From Anaerolineales bacterium (GTDB lineage: Bacteria > Chloroflexota > Anaerolineae > UBA7937): a DNA stretch of 30,618 bases. Below the pieces are notes generated by a model. That model was not told the DNA's origin. It saw nothing but the letters and a program-made list of their open reading frames with translations, and did not search any database. Shown here piece by piece: positions 1 to 7,209 of this stretch (the stretch's first letter is position 1; each line of letters begins with the position of its first letter). A program made the translations under genes and the position numbers. The stretch lies in the NCBI GenBank assembly GCA_030593425.1, contig JAUVHF010000001.1:1-30618 (forward strand). The letters are read 5' to 3'.

Positions 1-78
1 GGGTGGCAAGAACTCCATGTCCTCGATAGTTGATCTCCGCTCGCTCGATCCCCACGCCGGAGTTGACTCGCCGGTGTC

Positions 79-1080
79 TCACGGGCCCCAGTAGGAGATC
101 GGCACGTCTATCATGGTGATCAGACCGGGCTTCGCGCTCAAAACAGTGGGAATGGCGTTCACTACGATGGCGGCTGTGGCTACGTCTCCATGGATGCCTC
201 CGGGGATGGTCATGTGGATCTCGGGCTCGCCCTGGATATAGATCGTATCAGCCGCAGCCTCCGCCCCCACGTACATGCGCAATTCTAGGGTGATCTTCTC
301 CTCACCTCCTGCCATTACCTTTGCTACCTGCTCGACCCCTGCCACCTCCCCCTTCTTGACGGTCAGGAATGGGGTAGTCATATCCTGATCGGCTATCACG
401 GCATCAATGGTCTCAGTGATGTCGGTAGGCTCAAGGCCCATGATATGGGCGATCATGGCTGCCGATTCTGGCAGGCCCACGTGCCGTATCTTTCCCTCCG
501 CTACCAGGGCGTCGAACTGATCGCGTCGCAGCCCAGCCCCAACCTTGCGTTGGAGAGGCTCCCGGCGCAGAGCGGCGTTGACTTCTCTCCTCACGTGCAC
601 CCGCTCTACCCTGCGACAGGCCGCCATCAGGGTAAGCACCAGCTTGTCCATGACAAAGCCCGGGTTGACACCACTGCCCAGAACCGTGACCTCATGCTGA
701 CGTGCAAGCCGGTCCATCTCCTCTGAGAGCTCCGGATGATGATAAAAAGGATAGGCGAGCTCTTCACAAGTGGAGATGACATCCACGCCATGCTCAAGCA
801 CCTGCTGGATCTGGGGGGCCGCTTTCTCCAAGGAGAAAACCGTGGCGTGCAGTACGATGTCAGGTGCGGAACTGGCCAAAACAGCCTCAGCATCCTCTGA
901 GATCTCGACTCCCGGCTTCTCTCCCCCCTTTAGCACTTCTCCCACGTTCTTGCCTACCAACGCGGGATCGATCTCGATGGCGCCCACGAGGATCAAGCTT
1001 TCCCTCTCGAGAACCAGTTGAGCGATGCCCCTGCCGATGGGGCCCATTCCGTACTGGACGACGCGGATCTTGCTGCTCAT
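79..1080 (-). CDS. DapB/Ord-like NAD(P)-dependent dehydrogenase (2,4-diaminopentanoate dehydrogenase / amine dehydrogenase family), 333 aa
   Basis: Rossmann start IRVVQYGMGPIG, then VISTCEEL, VLGSGVNPGFVMD and GGIHGDVATAAIVVNAIP. The start is reassigned to ATG 1080 because TAAGGAG (SD overlapping the upstream stop) sits at 1090-1096. The ORF-track extension to 1254 overlaps the next gene. Confidence 0.8.
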   Translation of the reverse strand: MSSKIRVVQYGMGPIGRGIAQLVLERESLILVGAIEIDPALVGKNVGEVLKGGEKPGVEISEDAEAVLASSAPDIVLHATVFSLEKAAPQIQQVLEHGVDVISTCEELAYPFYHHPELSEEMDRLARQHEVTVLGSGVNPGFVMDKLVLTLMAACRRVERVHVRREVNAALRREPLQRKVGAGLRRDQFDALVAEGKIRHVGLPESAAMIAHIMGLEPTDITETIDAVIADQDMTTPFLTVKKGEVAGVEQVAKVMAGGEEKITLELRMYVGAEAAADTIYIQGEPEIHMTIPGGIHGDVATAAIVVNAIPTVLSAKPGLITMIDVPISYWGP

Positions 1081-1093
1081 GGGTTCGCTCTCC

Positions 1094-2473
1094 TTATCCT
1101 GCCTTGATCCGTTTCGCGGCCTCATCGCAGGCTGCGAAAAGCCACTCAACGTCCTCCTCCGAATGGGCCGTGGATACCGCTCCCAGCCCGTGCACCACGT
1201 GCACCCGCTCCAGCAGCAGAGCCAACTTGAGGACCTTCTCCCGCCGATCCACATTGCAGATCTTTGGATCCCATACGGCCTCCGGACTACTCATCCGGGT
1301 CCGATCATCATAGGGGAAATGGATCATTACCAGGGAGCTATCAGGGATCACGTCGTTCCCGTACCCGGTGCACCTGGCAAGGATGCCGTGGCTGGCGAAA
1401 ATCTCCTCGATCCCCAACCTGATCTTCTGTCCGAGGGCCCCCAATCTGGGATAGATCTTCTCTTCGTTGCGAACCAGGTACTCAATGAGCGTCTTGCCCG
1501 CCAGTAGCGCCGCAGGATGAGCCGAGAAGGTACCCCCATCGAACCTCACACGGCGCCCGGCAGCGGAGCCACAAAGGCGCATAATCTCCTCTCGCCCCAC
1601 CACTGCTGCCAATGGCATCCCACCGCCGATGATCTTACCAAAGGTCGAAAGGTCCGGCCGAACGTTATAAAGCCTCTGTACTCCACTGGCACAGAAACGA
1701 AAGCCAGAGATGATCTCATCGAAGATAAACACCGCCCCATGCCTGTGGGTCAATTCCCGGGCTATCTTCAAGTACTCTGGGGTTACCGGTATGAACCCTC
1801 CCATCCCCATCCACAGCTCAACGATGAAACAGGAGATTCTATCGCCCCACTGTCGGAACTTTTGCCGGAGGTCATCCGGGTCATCATAGCGAGTGGTCAG
1901 GATCTCAGCCGTACTATCTTCTGATAGGCCTTCCGATTCCACGTGGATGTATCCGCCCTCACCGAAGTGCACCCCTTTGAGGGCCAATGGCTGGGCACCA
2001 TGCCAGCCGCCGCCGACTTTCAAGATGAGACGTTTCCCAGTGAAGGCTCGCGCCAGCATCATGGCGTACATGGTCGCCAGGGAGCCACTCGTTGTGAAGC
2101 GGACCTGCTCGGCGCCCACTTGGTCCAAGAGTAGCCGACCGAATTCCGTCTGCAAGGCCTCCGTTATCCCGGTCTGGAGCCCCTCTCCATTCTGAAGGGC
2201 TTGGATCAGTGTTTCCCTAATGACTGGCGGGTTATGCCCCAGAATGTTAGCGTAGTGCCCTTGCCAGAAGTCGAGGATCTCGTGGTCATCTGCGTCTCGT
2301 ACCCTGGAACCGGAAGCGCTGACCGGCCTAAACGGGTAGGGGCCAAACAATCGCAATGCATGGCTACCCCCATCAACTAGATACCGCTTTGCCTGCTCTT
2401 GCAACTCCTTGGATGTGGGATACTCAGATATATATTGCTGAGTCAATGTCTCCAACAGGTGTTCGTCGTTCAT
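1094..2473 (-). CDS. Class III PLP-dependent aminotransferase, glutamate-1-semialdehyde aminomutase-like
   Basis: DFWQGHYANILGH, RFTTSGSLATMYA, FIFDEIISGFR, PLP lysine in STFGKIIGGGMP, and GTFSAHP. ATG 2473 has GGGGAG at 2481-2486. Not called hemL: no tetrapyrrole context and several motifs are divergent. Confidence 0.85.
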   Translation of the reverse strand: MNDEHLLETLTQQYISEYPTSKELQEQAKRYLVDGGSHALRLFGPYPFRPVSASGSRVRDADDHEILDFWQGHYANILGHNPPVIRETLIQALQNGEGLQTGITEALQTEFGRLLLDQVGAEQVRFTTSGSLATMYAMMLARAFTGKRLILKVGGGWHGAQPLALKGVHFGEGGYIHVESEGLSEDSTAEILTTRYDDPDDLRQKFRQWGDRISCFIVELWMGMGGFIPVTPEYLKIARELTHRHGAVFIFDEIISGFRFCASGVQRLYNVRPDLSTFGKIIGGGMPLAAVVGREEIMRLCGSAAGRRVRFDGGTFSAHPAALLAGKTLIEYLVRNEEKIYPRLGALGQKIRLGIEEIFASHGILARCTGYGNDVIPDSSLVMIHFPYDDRTRMSSPEAVWDPKICNVDRREKVLKLALLLERVHVVHGLGAVSTAHSEEDVEWLFAACDEAAKRIKAG

Positions 2474-2589
2474 GATGATTCTCCCCACGAAAAGAGCTCA
2501 CGGCAGCCCCCTGGCCTTAGCGTATACGTCTGCGATAAGGTTGAAGACCAGGGTGATTTGACACCTATCCTAACTAGAGGTTTAGAGGC

Positions 2590-2766
2590 TCACCAGCTTG
2601 GGCCAGGGCTGCATTGCAGATCCCGCCAGGCTATGAGCCCGCCAGTGCTTTTCGCCTGGCGCACAGCAGAGAGGATGGCTGCCGACATTGCCTCCGCGCC
2701 GTACGCCCCTACCAGGTTGACATCGGCCTTCTTCTCGCCGGTGGCCAGGGCGAACAGTGTGTCCCC
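2590..2766 (-). pseudogene. 3' fragment of a P1/S58 (DmpA-like) peptidase
   Basis: GDTLFALATGEKKADVNLVGAYGAEAMSAAILSAVRQAKSTGGLIAWRDL matches the C-terminus of DmpA-family proteins (..DGDTxFALATG..AxxxAIxxAV..GGL). There is no 5' part. Confidence 0.75.
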
Positions 2767-2862
2767 GACCTGGACCTGATGCTCCAAGAATATTACAAAC
2801 TCCGAGGCTGGACCCCCGGGAGGCCCAAGGGTGAGAAACTAGAGGAACTGGGGCTCAAATAG
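2761..2862 (+). pseudogene. 3' fragment of an aldehyde:ferredoxin oxidoreductase (AOR family)
   Basis: VPDLDLMLQEYYKLRGWTPGRPKGEKLEELGLK* is the characteristic AOR C-terminus (MLxEYYxxRGWxxxGxPxxEKLxELGL). Only about 33 codons are present. Confidence 0.8.
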
Positions 2863-2864
2863 GT

Positions 2865-3770
2865 CTACCCTTTTATCCACTCCTCCAGGTCTATCCCCAT
2901 GGCCCTTGCCGCCTCGCGCACGGGGTCGTAATCCGAGTCCTGGGAAGGGAGGTACCCATCTATGCCGTAGGGGTCGGCCAGGATGACGGCTCCCTCATCG
3001 GTGGCGGCCACAGCCAGAAAGGCGTCTTTGATCTTTTGCACCATCTCTGGAGGCAGGTCATTCCGTACTACAATGGTATCCAGAGGGATAGGCTTTGTCT
3101 CGGCGATGACCCTTGTGTTCTCCATAACGTCGGGATACATCTCTCGGATGGCCGGGAGGTCGCGGGCTCCATCGTAGATGGCCCCCGCGTCCACCGTCCC
3201 GTCCATGACCGCCACGATCACCCGGTCATGTCCACCCGCGAAGACGGTCTCCCCGAAAAAGGTGTCGGGGTCGTATCCTTCTTGGATTAGGAGGGCCTTG
3301 GGATAGATATGGCCCGAGGCTGAGACGGGGTCCGTGAAGGAGAAACTCTTCCCTTTCAGATCATCCAGGAAGTGGATATCGCTGTCCGCGCGGACGATGA
3401 TCTGGCCCCTGTAGTCCGTCCTCCCCTTGCGGATGGTAACCAAGATGGTCTGGGCCCCATATTTGTCATGGGCCAGGACGTAAGCCACCGCCGAGAGTTG
3501 GGCCACGTCCACTTTCCCTGCGCCCAAGCCTTCCACCACCGCGGCGTAATCGGTGGGAATGTAGGGCTCTATCTGATAGCCTGTCTCCTCCTCCAACAGT
3601 GTAGTCAAAGCCGTGGTCGTCTCCAGGAGTTGTCCCGTCTCCACGGAAGGGACGAAGCCCATCACTATCGGCCTCTCCGCGCTCCCCAGAGGGGGCTCAG
3701 CCTTGCAGCCCATCAATAGGGTGAAAATAAAGAGAAGCGACACCATCCAGCGGCACCAGCGAGCCATCAT
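2865..3770 (-). CDS. Phosphate/phosphite/phosphonate ABC transporter substrate-binding lipoprotein (PhnD/PtxB family)
   Basis: Lipobox LMGC, MGFVPS, PTDYAAVVEGL, FSFTDPVSASGHIYP, FAGGHDRVI, DGTVDAGA and SQDSDYDPVR. SD GGAGGAG lies upstream. Confidence 0.9.
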   Translation of the reverse strand: MMARWCRWMVSLLFIFTLLMGCKAEPPLGSAERPIVMGFVPSVETGQLLETTTALTTLLEEETGYQIEPYIPTDYAAVVEGLGAGKVDVAQLSAVAYVLAHDKYGAQTILVTIRKGRTDYRGQIIVRADSDIHFLDDLKGKSFSFTDPVSASGHIYPKALLIQEGYDPDTFFGETVFAGGHDRVIVAVMDGTVDAGAIYDGARDLPAIREMYPDVMENTRVIAETKPIPLDTIVVRNDLPPEMVQKIKDAFLAVAATDEGAVILADPYGIDGYLPSQDSDYDPVREAARAMGIDLEEWIKG

Positions 3771-3795
3771 AGATCTCCTCCCTTATTATGATTAG

Positions 3796-3821
3796 AAGCC
3801 TCTCAGGGCTCTGAGAGGCTT
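3796..3821. promoter_or_regulatory. Perfect 11-bp hairpin in the PhnD-like 5' leader
   Basis: AAGCCTCTCAG-ggct-CTGAGAGGCTT, lying between the promoter and the RBS. There is no clear U-tract on the minus strand. Confidence 0.5.
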
Positions 3822-3916
3822 AGATTTCTATCTTCTTTGCCGTCTCGGTCCCGAGGATCCAAGCGACCTTTTGTCTTGCCCTTCCTCACCGCCGCCAAGG
3901 GTCGATGGTTAATCCT

Positions 3917-3945
3917 ATTATATCACAGAGGGGTGCAAGCCTCAA
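3917..3945 (-). promoter_or_regulatory. Sigma70-type promoter for the PhnD-like gene
   Basis: Minus strand TTGAGG-17 nt-TATAAT with an extended TG (TGaTATAAT). Confidence 0.6.
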
Positions 3946-4053
3946 GACAGAGAGGGGTTGCCTTCACCGATCGGCTCCTGCACTTCGTCTTCCGAGGAGA
4001 CTCGGTACTGGTTGCATAGCGGCTGATCGCGGTTCCCTTGCCCAAGCAGGATG

Positions 4054-4062
4054 TGCTATAAT
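4054..4062 (+). promoter_or_regulatory. Extended -10 promoter for the DUF3048 gene
   Basis: TGcTATAAT about 40 nt upstream of the start. No convincing -35. Confidence 0.55.
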
Positions 4063-4103
4063 TTGTCCGCCTAAGTCCGCATTATCATTCGGAGGTCAGG
4101 AGC

Positions 4104-5207
4104 ATGTTGAGTCGCCAAGGAGCGATGTCGCTATTCCTAATAGGCTTTCTGGTCACCTTTCTTGGAGGCTGCGGGCCGAGGGGGCCTATCGCTACCCCTA
4201 CCCCCACCAAGACCCCTCGACCCCTGGTCACTCCCGCCCCCCCTCCCACCAATACCCCAACTCCACCAACCCCTACACCGACCCCAGAATTCGATCGCTG
4301 TCCCTTGACCGGGGAAGCGATGGAGGAACCAGAAAAGGCCCTGCGCAGGCCCCTGATAGTGAAAATAGGTAACGACAAGAGGTCCCGCCCCCAGTCCGGG
4401 CTCCATAAGGCGGATATAGTGATCGAGCACCTCGCCGAGGGGGGGATAACCCGCTTCGATGCCGTCTATCTTTGTCACGATTTCGAGAAGGTCGGGCCAG
4501 TGAGGAGCGCTCGCCTCATCGATATCCCCCTCGCCGGTATGTTCGATGGTATCTTCGCCCATGCCGGAGCCAGTGGGGGAGTAATCTGGGTGCTGGATCA
4601 CGAGACCAACTTTCCCAGGTTGGATGAGACCCACGGCGACCCCGGCTTCAACAAGGGCCCACCGGCGGGGTGGCCCTACAATACTTTCACCGACAGCTCT
4701 GTCCTCTGGCAGATCGCCCAGGAACGGGGCTGGCAGCGCCCTATGCGGGTCCCTCCGCTCCCCTTCGGCCCCCTGGAGCCTGCCACGAAGGTGGAAGAGA
4801 TAAACGAGATCGCCATCCCCTATTTCAGTGGCAATCGGCCTAGTTGGCGATGGGATGAGCAAGACCAAAGACACCTGCGTTTGATAAACGGTGTGCCTCA
4901 CACCGAGGCAACAACCGGGGAACAGATAGAGGCGGCCAATGTTATCGTGATCTGGGCTGAGCACAAGGTCGCAGTGCCTCATATAATCGAGGATGAGAAT
5001 ATGCAACTCTCCATCGAGATCAATTTGAACGATGAGGGGGAAGCGGTGATCTTGCGGGACGGCTATTACATCCCTGCCCATTGGGTCTGGGCGGGCGCGG
5101 GGAATATGCTCTCTTTCTTCGATGAGGCGGGAAACCCCATCCCCCTGGCCGAGGGCAACTCCTGGATAGAGGTCGTCCCGCCCTGGCTGGAGATAGAGAC
5201 CGAATAG
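4104..5207 (+). CDS. DUF3048 (YerB-like) lipoprotein with a Pro/Thr-rich linker
   Basis: Lipobox LGGC, ATPTPTKTP...PTPTPTPE linker, then CPLTG, RPLIVKIGND..SRPQSGLHKADIVIEHLAEGGITRF, VGPVRSAR and GNSWIEVVP. The start could be 4104 or 4125. Confidence 0.88.
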   Translation: MLSRQGAMSLFLIGFLVTFLGGCGPRGPIATPTPTKTPRPLVTPAPPPTNTPTPPTPTPTPEFDRCPLTGEAMEEPEKALRRPLIVKIGNDKRSRPQSGLHKADIVIEHLAEGGITRFDAVYLCHDFEKVGPVRSARLIDIPLAGMFDGIFAHAGASGGVIWVLDHETNFPRLDETHGDPGFNKGPPAGWPYNTFTDSSVLWQIAQERGWQRPMRVPPLPFGPLEPATKVEEINEIAIPYFSGNRPSWRWDEQDQRHLRLINGVPHTEATTGEQIEAANVIVIWAEHKVAVPHIIEDENMQLSIEINLNDEGEAVILRDGYYIPAHWVWAGAGNMLSFFDEAGNPIPLAEGNSWIEVVPPWLEIETE

Positions 5208-5210
5208 ATC

Positions 5211-6275
5211 ATGCCTGGGCTTTGCTCGAATTGTGGGAATTCTTCCCCTCTCATCGCTTCCACACTGGCGGCCTGTGTGGATTGCATCCGCGATTTCCCA
5301 AATGAGGTTCTCCCCTCCATAAGGGAGGTGCAGCACGCCACGCGCGGGGAGTTCGGCCTCCCCCCAGAGCCGCCCAGAGATGAGGACGGGGTGCGATGCC
5401 CCCTTTGTGTCAACGAATGTCTGATCCCAGAAAGCGGAAGGGGGTTCTGTGGCCTGCGCACTAACGCGGGTGGGAAATTAGTTCACCTGGCGGGAACGGC
5501 CAAGAAGGGGATCCTCCACTGGTATTATGACCCCTTGCCCACCAACTGTGTGGCCGCCTGGGTCTGCGAAGGGAGCAAGATGTACGGCTACCATAACCTA
5601 GCCGTCTTCTACGGGGCCTGTTCTTTCAACTGCCTCTTCTGTCAGAACTGGCATTATCGCCAGATGTCGCCCCAAGACAATGGCCTAAGCGCCCAAGAAT
5701 TAGCGGAGAAAGCCGATTCACGGACCTTCTGTATCTGTTATTTCGGGGGCGACCCTACGCCGCAGATCCCTCACGCTCTGGCTACCTCCCGCATCCTGGC
5801 CCGACGGGGGGTGAGGGTTTGCTGGGAGACCAACGGCTCCCTGGAACCGAAAGCCTTAGAGCAAGCGGTGAGGTTATCTCTGGAGACGGGGGGATGCGTG
5901 AAGTTCGACCTTAAGACCTATGACCAGAACCTGCATCTGGCCCTCACGGGGGTGACGAACCGACAGACGTTAGAGAACTTCGCCCTGGCGGCCAGATATA
6001 TCCTCCAGCGCCCTGAACCGCCACTGCTTGTGGCTAGCACTCTCCTAGTTCCGGGATATGTCGATGCCCAAGAGGTAGGTGGTATCGCCAGGTTTATCGC
6101 CTCCCTAGATCCGAATATCCCTTACTCTCTCCTGGGGTTCCACCCCCACTTCTATATCCATGACCTGCCGCGCACCTCAGTGCGCCATGCGGAAGAGGCA
6201 GAACGTGCGGCTCGTCAGGCTGGTCTGACTAACGTTCATGTCGGGAACCGCCACCTTCTATCGCGAGCATACTAA
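5211..6275 (+). CDS. Radical SAM protein, PflA/PflX/AmmeMemoRadiSam-like, with N-terminal Cys motifs
   Basis: CxxxCxxC in GACSFNCLFCQNW, plus FGGDPTPQ, WETNG, KFDLK, STLLVPGY and LLGFHPHF. Extra CSNC/CVDC/CPLC clusters at the N-terminus. Confidence 0.88.
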   Translation: MPGLCSNCGNSSPLIASTLAACVDCIRDFPNEVLPSIREVQHATRGEFGLPPEPPRDEDGVRCPLCVNECLIPESGRGFCGLRTNAGGKLVHLAGTAKKGILHWYYDPLPTNCVAAWVCEGSKMYGYHNLAVFYGACSFNCLFCQNWHYRQMSPQDNGLSAQELAEKADSRTFCICYFGGDPTPQIPHALATSRILARRGVRVCWETNGSLEPKALEQAVRLSLETGGCVKFDLKTYDQNLHLALTGVTNRQTLENFALAARYILQRPEPPLLVASTLLVPGYVDAQEVGGIARFIASLDPNIPYSLLGFHPHFYIHDLPRTSVRHAEEAERAARQAGLTNVHVGNRHLLSRAY

Positions 6276-6303
6276 AAAAGCCACCGCCTGTCAGCGGTGG
6301 CTT
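6273..6303 (-). terminator. Rho-independent terminator between convergent genes
   Basis: AAGCCACCGC-ctgtca-GCGGTGGCTT stem (6278-6303), followed by a T-run on the minus strand. Probably bidirectional. Confidence 0.8.
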
Positions 6304-6317
6304 CTCTTACTCCGCTC

Positions 6318-6665
6318 TTAAGTCTCTTTCTCCCCCAGAAGATCGTAAAGATCGCCCTTGAAATCTCTCAAGAGCCGGTGCATATCCAAAACATCGTCGG
6401 CATCGATGGGGGAGAGTTCCGGGATTCTGGCCAACTCCTCGGGCGTCATCTCCGTGATCACCTCGGGAGGCTGGCCCTCGCGCATCACGGCGAAGATCAT
6501 CCCCTGCGTATCGCAATGGGCGCAGGTCACCCCCATGATCCAGAGGTCTTCCTGGCGGCCGAGGATCTGCACATCTTTGGGCTCATACCGCTGGCTGCAG
6601 ACCGCACACCTGATGTTGCTGATGAGATGCTTGATGAGCAAATACCTCTCTCTCTCCTCTTCCAC
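6318..6665 (-). CDS. Hypothetical 115-aa protein with two CxxC motifs (putative zinc ribbon) and an acidic C-terminal helix
   Basis: CAVC...CAHC. GTG start 1 nt after the rplI stop, with SD GGAGGG inside the rplI 3' end. Ends before the terminator. Confidence 0.75.
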   Translation of the reverse strand: MEEERERYLLIKHLISNIRCAVCSQRYEPKDVQILGRQEDLWIMGVTCAHCDTQGMIFAVMREGQPPEVITEMTPEELARIPELSPIDADDVLDMHRLLRDFKGDLYDLLGEKET

Positions 6666-6666
6666 G

Positions 6667-7125
6667 CTACCCTCCCTCCGCTGCTTCCTCCACCACTACA
6701 GTGATCTCAGGCAACAGATCTCCCATGAGCCGTACGGCCACCCGATAGGTTCCCAATTCCCGGATGGGCTCTGGAAGGTCGATCTTTCGCTTATCGATGC
6801 CCTCTCCCAACTCCCTCTCCAGGGCTTCCGCCATATCCCCACTAGTGATCGAGCCGTAGAGTTTCTCCTTCTCGCCCACCTTGGCTTTGAAGTTAAGGGT
6901 TATCTTCTCTATTCGCGCCGCCAGGCCCTCAAACTTGGCCCTCCGCCGCTCTTCACGCCTCGCCTCGGCCTGGCCCCAACCCTCCGCTTCCTTGAGAGCG
7001 CCCTCGGTAGCCACCACGCCTAGGCCTCGAGGGATGAGGAAATGGCGGGCGTACCCTCCAGCCACGGCGTGAACCTCACCAGCCTTCCCTACCCCCTCCA
7101 CGTCTTGAAGCAAGAGTATATCCAT
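6667..7125 (-). CDS. rplI: 50S ribosomal protein L9 (bL9), 152 aa
   Basis: MDILLLQDVEGVGKAGEVHAVAGGYARHFLIPRGLGVVAT, KLYGSIT and IDKRKIDLPEPIRELG. Start reassigned to ATG 7125. Confidence 0.95.
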   Translation of the reverse strand: MDILLLQDVEGVGKAGEVHAVAGGYARHFLIPRGLGVVATEGALKEAEGWGQAEARREERRRAKFEGLAARIEKITLNFKAKVGEKEKLYGSITSGDMAEALERELGEGIDKRKIDLPEPIRELGTYRVAVRLMGDLLPEITVVVEEAAEGG

Positions 7126-7134
7126 ACCTCTACT

Positions 7135-7163
7135 ATCATACACCAAAAGGGGAGAAAACTCAA
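7135..7163 (-). promoter_or_regulatory. rplI promoter
   Basis: Minus strand TTGAGT-17 nt-TATGAT; the -10 ends 9 nt before the ATG. Confidence 0.55.
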
Positions 7164-7174
7164 GTTTTCTCCCC
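7149..7174. promoter_or_regulatory. Perfect 26-bp palindrome between divergent promoters (candidate operator)
   Basis: GGGGAGAAAACT-ca-AGTTTTCTCCCC: 12-bp arms with a 2-nt spacer. Confidence 0.55.
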
Positions 7175-7185
7175 CGCACCCCGTG

Positions 7186-7194
7186 TGTTATAAT
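7186..7194 (+). promoter_or_regulatory. Extended -10 promoter for GT-C gene 1
   Basis: TGtTATAAT ending 15 nt before ATG 7210. Confidence 0.55.
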
Positions 7195-7209
7195 AAGCCC
7201 GGCATACCT

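Noticed and set aside
1-82. Start of a further minus-strand gene (GTG overlapping the stop at 79-81, or ATG at 18)
   Set aside because: Too little sequence to choose a frame or assign a product.
4190-4290. ACCCC/CCCAC-rich tandem-looking DNA
   Set aside because: It is explained by the Pro/Thr linker codons of the DUF3048 lipoprotein.
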